The notes under the pieces are model-generated. The model had not been told where the DNA came from. It ran no database searches and saw only the letters and a list, made by a program, of their open reading frames with translations. From NCBI GenBank assembly GCA_002269645.1, contig NIVC01001862.1, forward strand, positions 164,288 through 228,287: a DNA stretch of 64,000 bases, in the 5' to 3' direction. Both the position numbers and the translations under genes were made by a program. Shown here one piece after another: positions 26,756-40,305 of this stretch. The DNA comes from Macrostomum lignano (Eukaryota). The stretch's first letter is position 1; each line of letters opens with the position of its first letter.

Positions 26756-29650
26756 GCTGTCATAAGTTCTACAAACTATTTTTAACTAACATTAAAATCA
26801 GCAACCGTCAAACGTATAAATTCATTGGCCAGTTGAATCAGAAGACACTAAAAAATTGTGCAAAGTTCACTAGAGACCGATTTTTGCTGAAAAACGTATC
26901 AGCAAAATGCGTAGTTTTTTTTACCAAAAAGGATTGCAAAATATACCACAGATAGCACAGTATATCCTGCTACCCAGCTTGTCTATGATAAAACCCAATT
27001 AACGCTTTTGGCTAGTGTGAGTCATTCATCGATCAGTCAATGGGATTTTACTATGCACGAGTTGCGAGTGTGGCGTCTTCTACTTCAGCTGTCAAATGCC
27101 TAAAATTAACACAATAAAACTGACATCTCCTGAACTTGAAGTGATTATCAAAATTAAGTTATGTGAAGGCGTATTTTTAATTTCTCTGCCTAATATCGAT
27201 ATACCTTTCTACCGCTCTAACTTTTATTTTTCAACAAATCCGAATTTCTATTTTGTCCCATTATACATTTACAGATCTTTATATATTGCACTACTATCTA
27301 TCAATAGTGTGTAGAATATTGCTAAATATAGTCGCCATACTACACACAAAAACTCTTTACACTACTACAGTAAAATAAGTAGTAAGCATAGTGCTTTTAC
27401 TAGAAGCTTTTAGTAGTTTGGGTTCAAAACATTAACCATTAAATGGTCCCAAGAAGTAACTGAATTTTTTAAGTGTCTTTCTTCCTTGTTCTCCCGGCCT
27501 TCAACAATATCTTTTCTGTTTGCAGAGTTGGCTTGTCTGCCCGGGATTTCAGGCGAACCAATTTAGACGGCCTTGTCCACTTCTGTCTTTTTCTGACTTT
27601 CGCTCTCAGCCAGAAACTTCAATTGGCACTAACTAATGGATTTTATTCTTTTCTAACTCTCTTACCTTGTGTTTGGCCTCCAACTTAATTCTGTCTTCTC
27701 AAGGAGAATTGGAGGTTCTGCATTAGCAATGCACGGCTTATTAACAGTGACTATAGCTTTTTGCAGTCAGTTTGAGCTTGGGAGCAGTTGACTTAATCCG
27801 GAGTGGAAGAACGATACGCTCAAGACATTCTCAGCCAACCATCCCTGCTATGGAAGGGCTTTGGCTCATAGACTATCTCCCTGTGACAATCAAGCCATCC
27901 ATCATAATTTCATCAGTTCATTTTCCATTCATATCCGACCATCTGTTCATTTATGGTGCAACTAAGACCTACTTCTGACTTGGACTTCGGATCGAACGGT
28001 GAAACTGGTGCGGCTGCTGATTCAATTTGTGCTTGGCTTGCAACAATATTTACATGTAAATTCTTTACTACAATCTAAACGTTAGCACCCGACAAGCCGT
28101 ATACTGTGTACAGTTAGTTCCCCATGCACTTTGTATGCATTCTGATTCCCGTCACTCAAGTGTGCTAAAAACCGTCCCCTGACCGGCTGGGTTGGCACGT
28201 CTGGCCGAGAACAGCCATTCTTAAAACACAACGCTCAACTCATTAATGATGATTGCTGAGCACAGCACTCATTTGTGAGCTGCCTGTTTCTCATCATCAC
28301 TTACCTACTACCTAGCTTCGTCTCTGTATTCTCTTAACACTGCAGCGTCGTTGCGTGTGATCATTCGTTAAGGATGCTTGACTAACAACAAACAGTAGTG
28401 AATCAATTATGCCGACTGTGCAAGCTGGTGGGGTCTTAAGCTTTAAGGGTAACCGCTTGCTATGGCGATTGTATTGTCTACCTCTCTGCATGTCTAAGGG
28501 CTGCTGATGGCTGCTTCAAATAACAAAATCAACTGAATCATTGGTTATTGAGCAAAGCAGGGGTTCTATAACAATTGACTAAACCTTACCCTAACCCTTA
28601 CTCTAATCCTAATCCAAACCAAACCTAATCTAAAAAAGGGTGATGCAAAGCCTCTTAACTTGCGTGCTAACCTCAGTTAACTCAGCTTAACCTACAGCGA
28701 ATTCGCTTGCCAAATTGACTAGCAACCCCTTACATTTAAAGTACATGTGCTACTGTTACAGGATTAAAAGCGGCATTTTATCATTGGAATTTTACCAGAA
28801 AATGTCATTTGGTATATTCTATAAAATATCTTTCTGAAATCGAAGAATTTTAGAAGCCATGTCGGCAGTTGCTTTGCGTCACACCTTGCATTAGCTGCAG
28901 TAGCCGCCACTTTCAAAAACGTGTTAAAGCTCTTTGTTAAAACATTCAGCTTATTGCCAAAAAGTGTTTGAAAGGCACACCTTTAGAATTTTTGCTTGAA
29001 AATATTGAAGTGATTTATGAGTGAATGACAATTCGGCCCAAAGTGAAAATTGCGGTAAATGCTAGAAATGGCCCATTGTTGTCGATGGGTAATAACAGGT
29101 TTCGGCTAATGGCACCACAATAGAATTTTAACCACTTTTAACCACTTTGTCAGTTAACGCCAAAAAACTGCATTTTCAGCCTGAAGGGATAGATAGGCTT
29201 AAATGATCTTAATGATCGTGAAGATCGCAAAAGTTCAGTTCTGCGAGAAAATTGAATTTTCGGACTCCCAAATGTTTTCGAGGCCGAATTTATTTCACAA
29301 AATATATAACGATAAAAAGTTGACACACTCTGATGAATGATGACTTTGCGATGCGTAACTGAATGTCCGTCAATGTTAGAGCTGGATGAGCGCATGCATA
29401 AATTATTATTGTGCGAGTGGAAATCGGGTGACCTACCAGGAAGCGCAATAACCCATTTTTGTTACGGTACAAACGCATTCATACTGCATTTGCAATCGGA
29501 CTAGATGGTATATGAGAAAAAGAACAAATCTTACAAAAGATACGGTCGTTATTACTGGGCACGGAGAGGAAAGTTTTCAAGACTAAAGGGCCTCGATTTC
29601 TTCAGCTTGTGAAAAATATAAATTCCAAACAAATCCAGAGGTTAAAAAGG

Positions 29651-31831
29651 CTAGGGATAGTGGCACGGCACCGGAGCTGCCGTCCAGTGATGCCTGGAGC
29701 CTTGCGGACACTGGAACACCCTGGCAAATTCCGTCTGGCGCTGGAGCGCCGCGTTGAGCAGCAGACGGCTGTCCGCTGATTGACTTGCGTCAGTCGAGCA
29801 CTGCGTCTGGGCCCAGTTCAGGAAGAACAGACGCAGTCGTTTGTCAACCTCGGGACCGCCACTTAAAAAACTGTCGACTCCAAGACTTCGTCGGAATAGT
29901 ACCAGAGACACGGACAGCGACACGTGCTTAGCAACGAGCGTTTCAATTAGTTTCGTGTTTGGCTTGTCACCAGGCAGCTGTTTTGCAAAGCACTCGAATG
30001 ACTTTGTGAGCAGGTGCTCACTTGCTGACGAAAATAAGTCCTTACGGTGCTTCGGGGAGATGCTCCAGTACAGAACTTCCGCTACGGAGGCGCCCAAGTA
30101 GGAGTACATCAGCTCCTCTGGGTAGGCAAGGTGAAACAGCGGTGGATTGATTGAACTGAACGGCAGCCAGAGGTCGCTGCTGTTCGTGAGGCAAACACAG
30201 GCTGAGAAAGACTCGCGGAGCGCCTTGCACGGCTCTGGTTGGCATGGCTTGTCGGCTTGGTCAGACATCTGCAGGTAAAGCTGTTCTAGGCGCCTGTTTA
30301 AATGCCTGCTGCTTTGAAATTCGTGTCGCAGCACGCTCAGATCGGCATTGCCTGATGAGTCAATCATGGGGTGAATACGGTCAAGGCGGTTAGCCATCGA
30401 CTGACGCGTGTGAGGGCTGATTTTCTGCGCGTCTTGCACTCGTCTCGTCAGCTCGTTGCGTGCCCTGTGAAGCCGTAGGGTTGGTGAGTGAAATTGTAAA
30501 GTCAGCTTGTAATTGCAGTCAGCTTGGAAAAAAATTACGAACTAAAAAGAAGCCTTTTTCATAGAAAGACATCGTTGTTCCATTCGGACTCAAATTCATC
30601 TACGTATGTGACTGAATGTGCACATGCGTACATCTGTGCTATGCCCTTGAACTATTCTAAGCTCGTATAAAATGTGTACTTTGTACTATTCCGCGCCCAG
30701 TTCCTCATGCCAAACTTACGAGTTGAACAATTTCACTAGGACAGCATGAACACCAGTGGCATTGAAACTGCGATACCGAAGCAACGACTTCACCGACTCT
30801 GGCGCGGCCACTTGCAACGACGCGACGCACAGGTCGTCACTGTTCTCGACGCCTACCTCCAGTCGAATTTGGCAGCGGCGAAATGCGCCAGTCAGCTGTT
30901 GGCCCTCCGTTGACAGAAGCTGTTCAGCTTGAACGGCTCCTAGACCGTCAAAATCACCGTTTAATCGACGACGCACAGTCTGGGCTATCAAGGCTGACGT
31001 TAGCTCGATGATGTTCGTGGGACGATTGTATTGTTGCTGCCGGCTTGTCAGTGCCATCGGCCAGTGGAGCGTCTCACTTGCATAGCGATCAAAGTGTCCG
31101 CATGCGTAGCTGTAGAAATCTTCGCACGGGTGCGTGTGATTGTTCACTAGTCCGATAAGCCGACGATCCAACTGACGTAGAATTTCTGAGAGTTCCGTTT
31201 CGACTGGATCCAGCGTTGGCGAAGGCGCCGTTGTTGAAACGGCTGTCGCAGGCATTGTTGGTGGCACCCGCGAAGACGATCCTGCCGCTTCAACGAGAGC
31301 TGGAGTAGCCGCTGCGTCAGATTCGATTGGCCCAGCGGCTAAGAACGCAGAGTGCGCTTGGCTGCGAAGGTGAAGTCCCAGAAAGACTCCGCCAACGGTC
31401 AGCAAGGCAAGGGACACGGCGCAGAGGCAGAGGCTCATCAATAGCAGTGGACAGCAACAGCCTTTGCGACGACCGCCAGTGCCGTTGCTGCTTCTCTCCG
31501 GCCGCCGTCGGCGATTTTGTCGAACGCATGCGTCGTCCTGACGTCGTCTCTCCAGTCTAATGGTCGAAGCCGTGGCCGTGGCTAGTTCGTTCGGCATTGA
31601 AGCTCCCAGACCAGTCAGGGGATTCGCTTGTCCCTGACTCATAGGTTCCCATTCCCAGCACTGCTGGCCCGGCGGCAACCGGCGTGGGAAACTCTGCCCT
31701 CGGTACTCGCGCTGAAGGCTGTGCATCCTCATCTGCGGATGAAACGGCCAGCCACCAAAATTATCGTCATCTTCGTCAATGTGATTCTGCAAGACTGGCG
31801 CCCCCTGCTGCTGCTGCATTAGCTCAAACAT
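29651..31831 (-). CDS. Neprilysin/ECE (peptidase M13)-like type II membrane protein, shortened and lacking HExxH, ~641 aa; complement(join(29651..30464,30720..31831))
   Basis: Single N-terminal TM segment, HPCEDFYSYACG, INPPLFHLAYP..MYSYLG, LFFLNWAQTQC and EFARVFQCPQGS match M13 landmarks. Phase-2 GT-AG intron 30465-30719. The start codon could lie further upstream. Confidence 0.85.
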
Positions 31832-33131
31832 CGGCTCGGGTTGGACTGTCTCTTGAGGCGGCGGGGGCAGCGGCAGCGGCTGTAGACTGTTGCCGTGGCA
31901 GTGACAGCGGTGCCTGGACCGGCAGCGAGCTTTGTCGTGAATGCGTAGGGCGAGCCTCTAGCCTGGTTCTGGATCACTAAGGTCGGTGCGCAGGCCCGGC
32001 TGTGGGACTGGGAAATTCCCAGGTGAAGAAGGCGGATGTTCATCTCAAAATTGATAATAAAATTTGTTGCATAAGATCGAGTTTCATTGCCTCAAAATGC
32101 TTTGAAACCTAAAAAATCATAATGTTTCTTCCGAAAACGATCACTGTAGCCAAATAGCTCTTTGGATAGAAAAGGTTCCTGAAGATGGACTAAATGAAGA
32201 AGACTCGAGGCAAGGTTAGGTAGAAAAAACGTCGCGAATAAACGAGAGCAAATGAAGAAGTGAGAGAGACAGAAAACTGTTAAGACAAAGAAAACATGGA
32301 AAATGGAATGACAGCTTGGGTTGACTGTGACAGAGCACTTCAGCTGAGCCATTTTGGTCTAGCTGGAGTTGAGACTGGGACTCTTTCGTCCGTAAGATAA
32401 TGTTTGTCAGTCAGGTAGAATGAATGAATGCCCATAGGAAAAAGCTGACTGACTTGCTGCACTACAACTTTGCTGCTTTTTCCCCACTAATTTTTGCTAA
32501 ATTTTTTCTACTTGGGAGTTGGGATTGTGGGCTCCCATCAGGGATGTTGAGCCGATGTCCTACCTCCACTTTAGGCTGTGGAAGGAGGGGAAAGCATTTT
32601 AAAGCTGCCAGGGCCATTGCTGACTGGGCCAATGAATATTTAACCAGACTATTGAATCGGTCTTTCTCAACAAGAGAAGCCAGATGATGGTAGCCTGTCG
32701 CTGAGAAGTCTCTACTGTGCCTACAAAGCGAGAGTGAGCGGGGAGACGCCTGATGAGCTAGAAGAGCCAAGCTAGAATAGAAACTCGCGCTTAAAAACCA
32801 GTAAAGCACATGGCAGTCATATTGGAACTACCAAACAGGTCTCAAATCATGCTTTGACACTGCGCTCTTGCGTCAGGCAGAACATGCTTTAGTTGATTGT
32901 TGCAGTGTGCTTTTCTTCTTGGTGTAAAAAGTTGTGCAATTTGACGTCAGTAAATGGCAGTACATTCCAGTATGCAGAGTGTATAGATGTGCTAGGAACT
33001 TCCTGGTATAGAGGACAGTATTGCTAGTTCTACAGACTGATAGACTGTTGCAGTGTGCAGGTGCCAATGAAGCCGTAAGTGCGTTTTGCCAATGCAACTT
33101 CAAATACAGATAATTTTACAAATAACGTTTC

Positions 33132-33250
33132 ATTCAAACCGCCATGAAATGAGGCACCAAATGGAACAACCGATGTAAAAATGCTATGGAAATTTTTGCG
33201 CAAGCCGGATTATTACGCAAACATTGGCTTCATTTTATGGCGGTGAGAAT
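33132..33250. mobile_element. Small imperfect inverted repeat (possible degenerate MITE)
   Basis: aaaccgccatgaaatgaggc vs gcttcattttatggcggtga. Confidence 0.4.
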
Positions 33251-34341
33251 TAGCCTGATTAGCAAGCAAAATACTTCGTAGTTAAAAAAGTGTGCAGCTG
33301 AGCTTTTGAAGAGCATCGGCGTCCAACACGCGTATCTCGTGCATAATTATATGTAGATACGATCTAATATTACCTGGGAGTAAAACTCCTGAGCACGAGA
33401 AATACGGGCCCGACGTACTGTTGAATACAGGGTACTGGTGGCTGACAGCCTTTCTGTACTGTCAAACACCTGCGATAGGGGTCGATGAAAAGAGAGTAAA
33501 TGACGGTTGCGAATTCGTTCTCAAAATATAAGCATTCGGTCTATCCAATGAAGAGTCCTTAAGCCGCAGGCTTGAAGAGGTCGAAATGCAGCGGGCGAAA
33601 TATTGAGAAGGTAAGACAGTGGAACGGCGTGATTAGCTAAAACTAGTAGAAAATTCTGACTTGCAACAGAGCTAAAGCAGGCTAATGATGATGATAATTC
33701 TGACGGGCCGACCGACCTACGGAGGTGCGGATTAGAGCCGCGGATAAGGGCTAATCAGACCATAAATTTGAGAGATGAGCAGGGGCCCCGGGGACGTGTC
33801 CGCTCCAGTTCAAGGACGCTGCAGGCCGATGCACTGCAGTTTCAATCTGAAGAGTGAAATCCCTGCAATACCCTGAGCACGGATTTCGGCTGCAGCCACC
33901 GTTCCCCGTCTCTGGTTGATATTATTCAAACTGAAAGCTCAAACTCAATGGTCCACTGTCACAACAAATCAGCCTTGGGGAAGACCTGCCAGTCAAAATA
34001 AAAGCGGCTAGATTCCACTCTGTTCAATGGACATTAGATATTTGCAGCTGAAAAATGAGATTTTGTACACAATGGGCTTTTGAAAATGATGTTGCAACTC
34101 AAAATAAGGAGCTCGATAAGCGCGTCAAGTCTGCTCGACTCCGATGGATCTGTTGGAAATTTTCATTTGCTTTTTGCTTTTTGCTCATTTGCTTTTTGCT
34201 TTTGCTTTTTGCATTTCATTTGTTGTAAACGATTTGTTCAAAGGATTTTTTTCTAAAATCTATGCAATATTAATTATAAAAATTCAGGACCAAACAGTTA
34301 AGAGTTGAAAAATCGAGAAGCTCTCTTTGAACCGGCTACTT

Positions 34342-34715
34342 GGGGGCCGTAGCCTAGTCGTCTAGCGCGGCGCTCTGATGTTCCAGCGGTCCAGGCTCGA
34401 TTCCAAGTGCGGTCACATTATAATTGGTGCTAAATTTAAATCTCGGTTTGGGTCTGCTCGTGCAGTTAAAGTCCTTGAGGGTCAACTCCTGGTGCCTATG
34501 GTGTTTGACGATAAATAAGGTTAGAGCCGCTGTACACTCCTCCTTGAGTGTGTGCCTGTGCGGGAGTCAGCGGAATGGACAGTAATGCCTATCGCCAGTT
34601 GTGTGACAATGTCGCCTAACGTGCGCAAGGGTGCACACCCTGACTCTAGTAAAACAACCTGTCGCATAACCATATACCAGCCGCGCATACCTAACTACCG
34701 AAACTAAACTAAACC
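34342..34715 (+). mobile_element. Second tRNA-headed SINE-like element
   Basis: A-box tagcctagtcg, B-box-like ggctcgattcc and an (AAACT) tail. The body segment ggagtcagcggaatgg...ggtgc recurs at ~8975-9075 in FREM1 intron 4. Confidence 0.55.
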
Positions 34716-36674
34716 TTGGCAATGTCCTTCGATCAGTTTGTACGCACGATTATGTCACTGCTGGCTAATGCTTGAATCTCGGACTGCTTCGTTGCAGTCT
34801 ATAGAAAGTTAGTTCGTAGGGTAAGCCTCCTGTTAAGAGCAGCTCTACATTTAATTAACACGTTCGAGTCCGAATTAAACACTCCAAAAATCAGGGAAAA
34901 CGCATCGTGAGATCAAATCGTGCCGATACAGCCGAGTGAAAAGTGAAATGCAGAAATAGAAAATGGATTCGAGCTATAGACGGAGCAAAGCAGTCTCGCA
35001 CGAGTGTGTATAGAGATAGAGAGATCCTTAATTAATTGGGCTGCTTTGGGGCCAGAGGCGCAAGCAATCCAATTGACGCTGGTGCTTCGACCGGCGTTCG
35101 TTCCCAGCATTTCGACTCCGAGCGCGAGGCCACTTGCTGCACTCTCTTTCCAGCTCGATCCCACTCGACTCCCGTCCCACCCCCAGTCGTTTCAATCAAC
35201 GCCCGACGCTCTGTCGCCATCATTCCATCTCAGACGCCTCAATACCATTCTTTTGCCCCCTCTCCCTATCCTGAGCGGCACTAGATGCTAAGATACCGTC
35301 CGAAAGTAGGGAGGGGTCGAAACCGGTCCCCTAGCTTGAGGGCCTTCTGCGTGTCTGTTTGGCCGGCTGCGGAGATCAGAAGCCTCGCAACAACCCCACT
35401 TCAGCCTCCTGTCCCTAGGCCAAGCAAGTGATCGTGCACTGCTTTCCAATTAGCATAAGAAATGTGAGCGATTGACCAAAGCGAGGGAGAGGCGAGCGGG
35501 CGGAGCGGAGGGAGCCTGAGGGGTCAGGCGGTGGAGCAGCTCCTCCTCCCAAAATTGGGTTGCAAACCTCCTCCCAGACTCTCACTGGGTACCCTCGCCC
35601 CTCCCATCCGACACGTTTGAACGCCCTTTCAGCTGTGGAATACAAATGACCCCGGCCCCCTGTTGGTGCTCAATAGGAGACGCCATAGTTGGTAGCAGAC
35701 ACCAAACACAAAGCCTCTAAGAACTTCCACCCTTACTTTTTCACTTTGCTCCCTGCCTCCTCTCTCTCTCCCTTTCTCTCTGCAAACAATAAACGATTCA
35801 CAACTTCAGCGTCCCTCGACGATATGCCGTCGTTTTTTTCTATGGGCCAGCAAAAATCAATCAATTTTAATTGGCCCCACTAGTCATTGATCTGGCGCAG
35901 CTGGTTTCTCCCTTGCGACTGGGATCTTGAATTTCAACTAAAAGAAGAAAACGAGAGACTTGGCAAAGGACCAGAGACGAGACGTGGGCAAAACTCTACC
36001 TATTAGCTTACATGCAAATGGCTCTGCAGAAACGTTTACACTCTTAGCTGAAAAAACGAATTAAATGTATTTATTTCGGCTGGCCAAGTCAGCGTTGCCT
36101 CAGTCAGTTTCGGTTATTTTGTCTTCTTGGGAATAAAATCTACAGTGAGTTGAAGAGTTTGGATCAGGACTCCTATCTAATGACCCTATTGCGCAGGCCT
36201 CTAGCCAATGCTCAAGCGGTAGGTACAGTAATGTGAGGGCTGCCCCGCATTGGATTGTTTCTGGGTTAAAAGCTACACCAACTTTTCCTCCATTACGGGG
36301 GGCTGAAATTGTCATGCAATACAGAAAGCACTTGGATTGCAAAACAGCGCCTCCGCCCCATGCAGCTGAAGCAGCGATAATACGCGCTATTTGAATGGCT
36401 CAACAAGCCACTGCAAGCTATCTCAAGTGGACCAATGCAAGTGCAACTCTAGATAAGCTTCTTGGACTCTACAATATAAAGTGTAATTCTTGTCAGAATA
36501 TCGAGAGCGCACTCCTCCGTGCCTGACATGGATCTAAAGTGCCAATAGTTTTTTCATTATTTGGTATTTGAGAGGACAGGAGAGGAAAGAATAATGCTTC
36601 TCGTTTACTAGCCCGCCTCCACTGAAGCTGACAAGAAGCCGGCGTACCAGTGTAGGTTATTGAAGTGTGATACA

Positions 36675-39600
36675 TTAATTCATACGCTCGTAGACGTTTC
36701 CATCTACGTGCACCTGTCATAACGGGTGCATCGTTGAAAATTGACCGAAATGTGTTTTGCTATGCGAGTACACAAATGTGCTTTAAGAGGATGACATAGT
36801 CGCAAACTCACGTTGAAGTGCTCATCCTCATTTTCGTTCTCGTTGTCGCTATCCATCAGCAGCTGTTCACGTTGCTGCTCGATTCGACCATCGAGTTCGC
36901 TAGTTCGACTCGACGAAGATTTGTCAGCGTTTGCGTTCGAGCACATGGAGGCGGCACCTGTGCAGGAGGCGGCTGCGGTGGCACTTGGAACAACAGCCGC
37001 GCCAGAAAGCTCAGGCGTCTCCGACATGGCCGGTGACAAATCGTAGGCGCCACGAAATGAACTTGTCGTTCGACAGTGGGGCAGCAGCATCAGGTCGGCG
37101 CTGGCTTGGTCCGCGTTTGATCGGATGGACCTGCGCTGCTGGATTGTCTGGTGGTGCTGGCGAGGGCAAGGGTTCAGTTAGCTGGTTAGTTTTTGCATGA
37201 CGGGTAAGCACGAAGGGGGCTGCACCCTCTCTGCCCTGACTTCGCCGTTCATCAGGCAGTGTACATGCATGCGGAGGACATGAACCCCCACCTGAGCTGA
37301 ATGCATGAAATTTGAGACAAAATCAAGTTGCGACGTCAAGACGGTCGCAAAAGGGTTGAAAGGGTATTTTAAGACTTTAAAGGGATTATCTGATGGTTTA
37401 ATTCCAAGATCTTCTTAAAGCCATCTTCATCGGAGAGGGTGAAATCAGTTAGGGCTGAAACTATACTAAAGTCAAACAAATAAACAGATTATTTCTGACT
37501 TAGCGATGCTCCCTATTGCTTCAATTTCGTTTCAGTTCATCGTTTCGACATCATTTTAATCTAGTCGTCCATCGGGGAAATGTCGGTTGGATTCGATGGA
37601 TTAGAAAGACAAAGTTGGCTTTGTCCTCTGTTCGGAGCGGAAATGGCATAAATGAATTTTTTTCGCTTCAAATCACTGAGCTCATGGAGAGTCTACGAGT
37701 AGATCAAATCAATGCCTCAATAAGTTTCATAAAGTTTCCTATGCTCAAATCTTTAGTCGATGCTCCAGTCGGATTCTTCATTAGAGCATTTTAAAGAAAA
37801 TTTTCTAGAGAATTTCTTAAAATGAGAACGAAATTTTATGCTTGAAGGCCAAAGAAACTTGATCTGATTTCTGATAGCTCGGCAAGCAGCAAACAAAATG
37901 GAGCTCAGTAGATAGGCAGGAAATGAGAAGCAGCAATATGCAGCTCAGGCCTGCTTAACCCCTGGGGTTATTTAATATCGCCAGATAAAGGTGTTGTGAT
38001 GAAAAGGGGGTGTACTCAGGGAGTGCCATCTAATGCCTGGAACCTTTCAGACTGCACACTAACTAGTACTCACGCAGGCCAAGAGGTCTTGAAAGAGAGA
38101 GCGAGAGTGCCCGTCTGGCTGCTCAGATCTTCAGTTATCTGCCGTCGAAAAAAAGCGCCTGCACTCAGCGACTTCACGGTGCATACGAATTGACGAGTAT
38201 GCAGTGTACGTGCGGGCCTCATCCGCAGCTAATACTTCTATATCCTAGTGGAGAAGGAAGTCGAGGGGACATCACTGCAGGGCTCGATAAGTTTTCCCCT
38301 AGCTTTAGACTAAAATAGGGAAGAGTTGGTAGGTAGAGACCGAGAGAGTGCGGGAGCATGTGAGCGACTTGAGACTCGTGGGGAAGTGTCATCGGCATTT
38401 TTGGGTCAATTTTCCCGATAGACTGAACAACCAACTATACGTGTAGTTCGGCCTCCGTATATTGGAGAATAGAAAACTCAGACGCAAATGCAGACAAAGA
38501 AGTAAAGGATATGGGCCTCAGAATTTCACAGCGATTCTCGTTCTGCTGAAAAGGTTTGCCATCCACATTCAGCATGTCGTGAGACTGGTACAGCCTGCTA
38601 GAATTGTTCGAAGCACTTCACTCTGACTGGCAGCATCTGTGCTGCATCGATCGCTCAGAAGCGAACTCAGATCGATGTTGAAAGCCAAGCTAGAGAAAAT
38701 CAAGAAATTGACTTTCAACGGCTCTGCTTTTTTTCGCGCGCGCCTTCTCTACAAGTTGATTTGTGAGAAACCTCGAAAAATTAAATCAATTATTCTTTCC
38801 TCTTCACCTTCGAATGGTAAGACAGTCGAAATGACCTCCGGAGTGGGATCAGGTAATACACACATTCATTTAGATCGGATGTGCTAATTTAGTACTATTA
38901 TAGCTTCTATCTGGTCTGAGACTCTGCCTTTGGCACACTTAAATAGACTAAACTCCCTGAGCACTCCCTGAGCACTCCCTGTAGAATTACTAAACGGATT
39001 CAGAATTTGACCTTGATTTGTGTGGCTAAAGCTGTGCAATGTTCAGGTGGACAGGTGGACGAAAGCCGGTGCGTTTGAGGCCACACAGTAAGTTTTATAA
39101 TTGGCGTGGTTGCCCGGGAAGAATGCACAAAAAATCTTACAGAAAAGCCTGTTGCCCAATGGCTTGGTTTGATAAATGCAACCCTGATGCGAATCTAACT
39201 AGAAGATGAAAGGTAAGAATTTACAGTTGAGCATTCGTGTTTTGCAAGAGCTAAGTCGGACAAATAGCCGCTAGCGAAAAGATGGCGAGATGAGAAACAG
39301 AAGGGCGGCCCATCTCGCTATCACGTCTGCCTTAGTCCGCGAGCATTCGTGTAGCGAAGTGAAAAGATCAGGTAAATCTTTTGCAGAGCAACTGCCGAGG
39401 GCTAAAGTAGCTGTGCTTTAGATAAGAGAGTCAGATCCAGTCTCCGGGGTTTTATAGACAGAATGAAAAAGGCGGGTCAAGCCAATAGACCAACCATTTT
39501 AAGAACTCTTTTGCAACTGATAACATGGAATAGACCAGTAGCTGATCTGGGGGATACTGTGTCCACCAGGGTGTACTGTGTCCACCAGGGAATACAAGTT

Positions 39601-39903
39601 AAATTATAATTTTCAAGGTAGGCGCATACTCGTAAGTTTAACAAAAAATGCTTCAATAGAACCCAACAGTTGCTTCTAGTGTCTCACAATGGCTGCTTGT
39701 CCGGGCCCGTACAAGCTTGAGTAGGCTGAGTCAGTGGTGCACGAGCAGTGCGACAGAGCCGGATTAGTGGCGGCTTGCCTGACCGAGCGAGTCGCGGCTG
39801 CGGAGGCTGAGGAACTGGCCTCGCTGGTCGCAACGGCTGATGAAGGTAACGATGCAGCGGGCAGGAACGGATCGCTTCTTGGCGACAGCGCAAATGATGA
39901 CAT
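36675..39903 (-). CDS. Tentative Ser/Ala-rich disordered protein, ~199 aa or the 3' part of a larger gene; complement(join(36675..36713,36812..37156,39688..39903))
   Basis: Three GC-rich blocks joined by phase-0 GT-AG junctions (att|gtgaga, cag|cac, aac|gtgagt, cag|gtg). No family recognised. Confidence 0.4.
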
Positions 39904-39977
39904 TGTGAGAGCCTGGAAATCCCGGCGATGGACAGGTTTAGCTGGGAATGGCTTTGAATTCTAATCAGTATATACTT

Positions 39978-40305
39978 TGTCCACTACAATATACTGTGTC
40001 CATATGGGTATACTGTGTCCATTATGCTATACTGTGTCCACTAGGATATTCTGTGTCCATCCCCTAGGATATACCGTGTCCACATGGATATACTGTGTGC
40101 ACATGGGTATACTGTGTCCACATGGGTATACTGTGTCCACATGGGTATACTGTGTCCACATGGGTATACTGTGTCCACATGGGTATACTGTGTCCACATG
40201 GGTATGCTGTGTCCACTAGGATACACTGTGTCCACATGGGTGTACTGTGTTCACATGGGTATACTGTGTCCACTAGGATATACTGTGTCCACATGGGTAC
40301 ACTGT
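39978..40305. repeat. 19-bp minisatellite (acatgggtatactgtgtcc), with two more units at ~39550-39590
   Basis: Direct tandem repeat. Confidence 0.9.

Noticed and set aside
28580-28635. Telomere-like (CCCTAA) stretch
   Set aside because: Only a few highly degenerate units; not an interstitial telomeric array.
32750-32790. Hammerhead ribozyme-like CTGATGAG...GAAAC (also CTGATGA at ~37255, minus strand)
   Set aside because: Stem II does not close directly onto GAAA, and no stem I/III with an NUH site could be built.
37996-38193. KRGCTQGVPSNAWNL resembling the LINE RT motif GCPQGxxLSPxLWNL
   Set aside because: Single short degenerate match with no YADD or other RT motifs in frame; at most a very old remnant.
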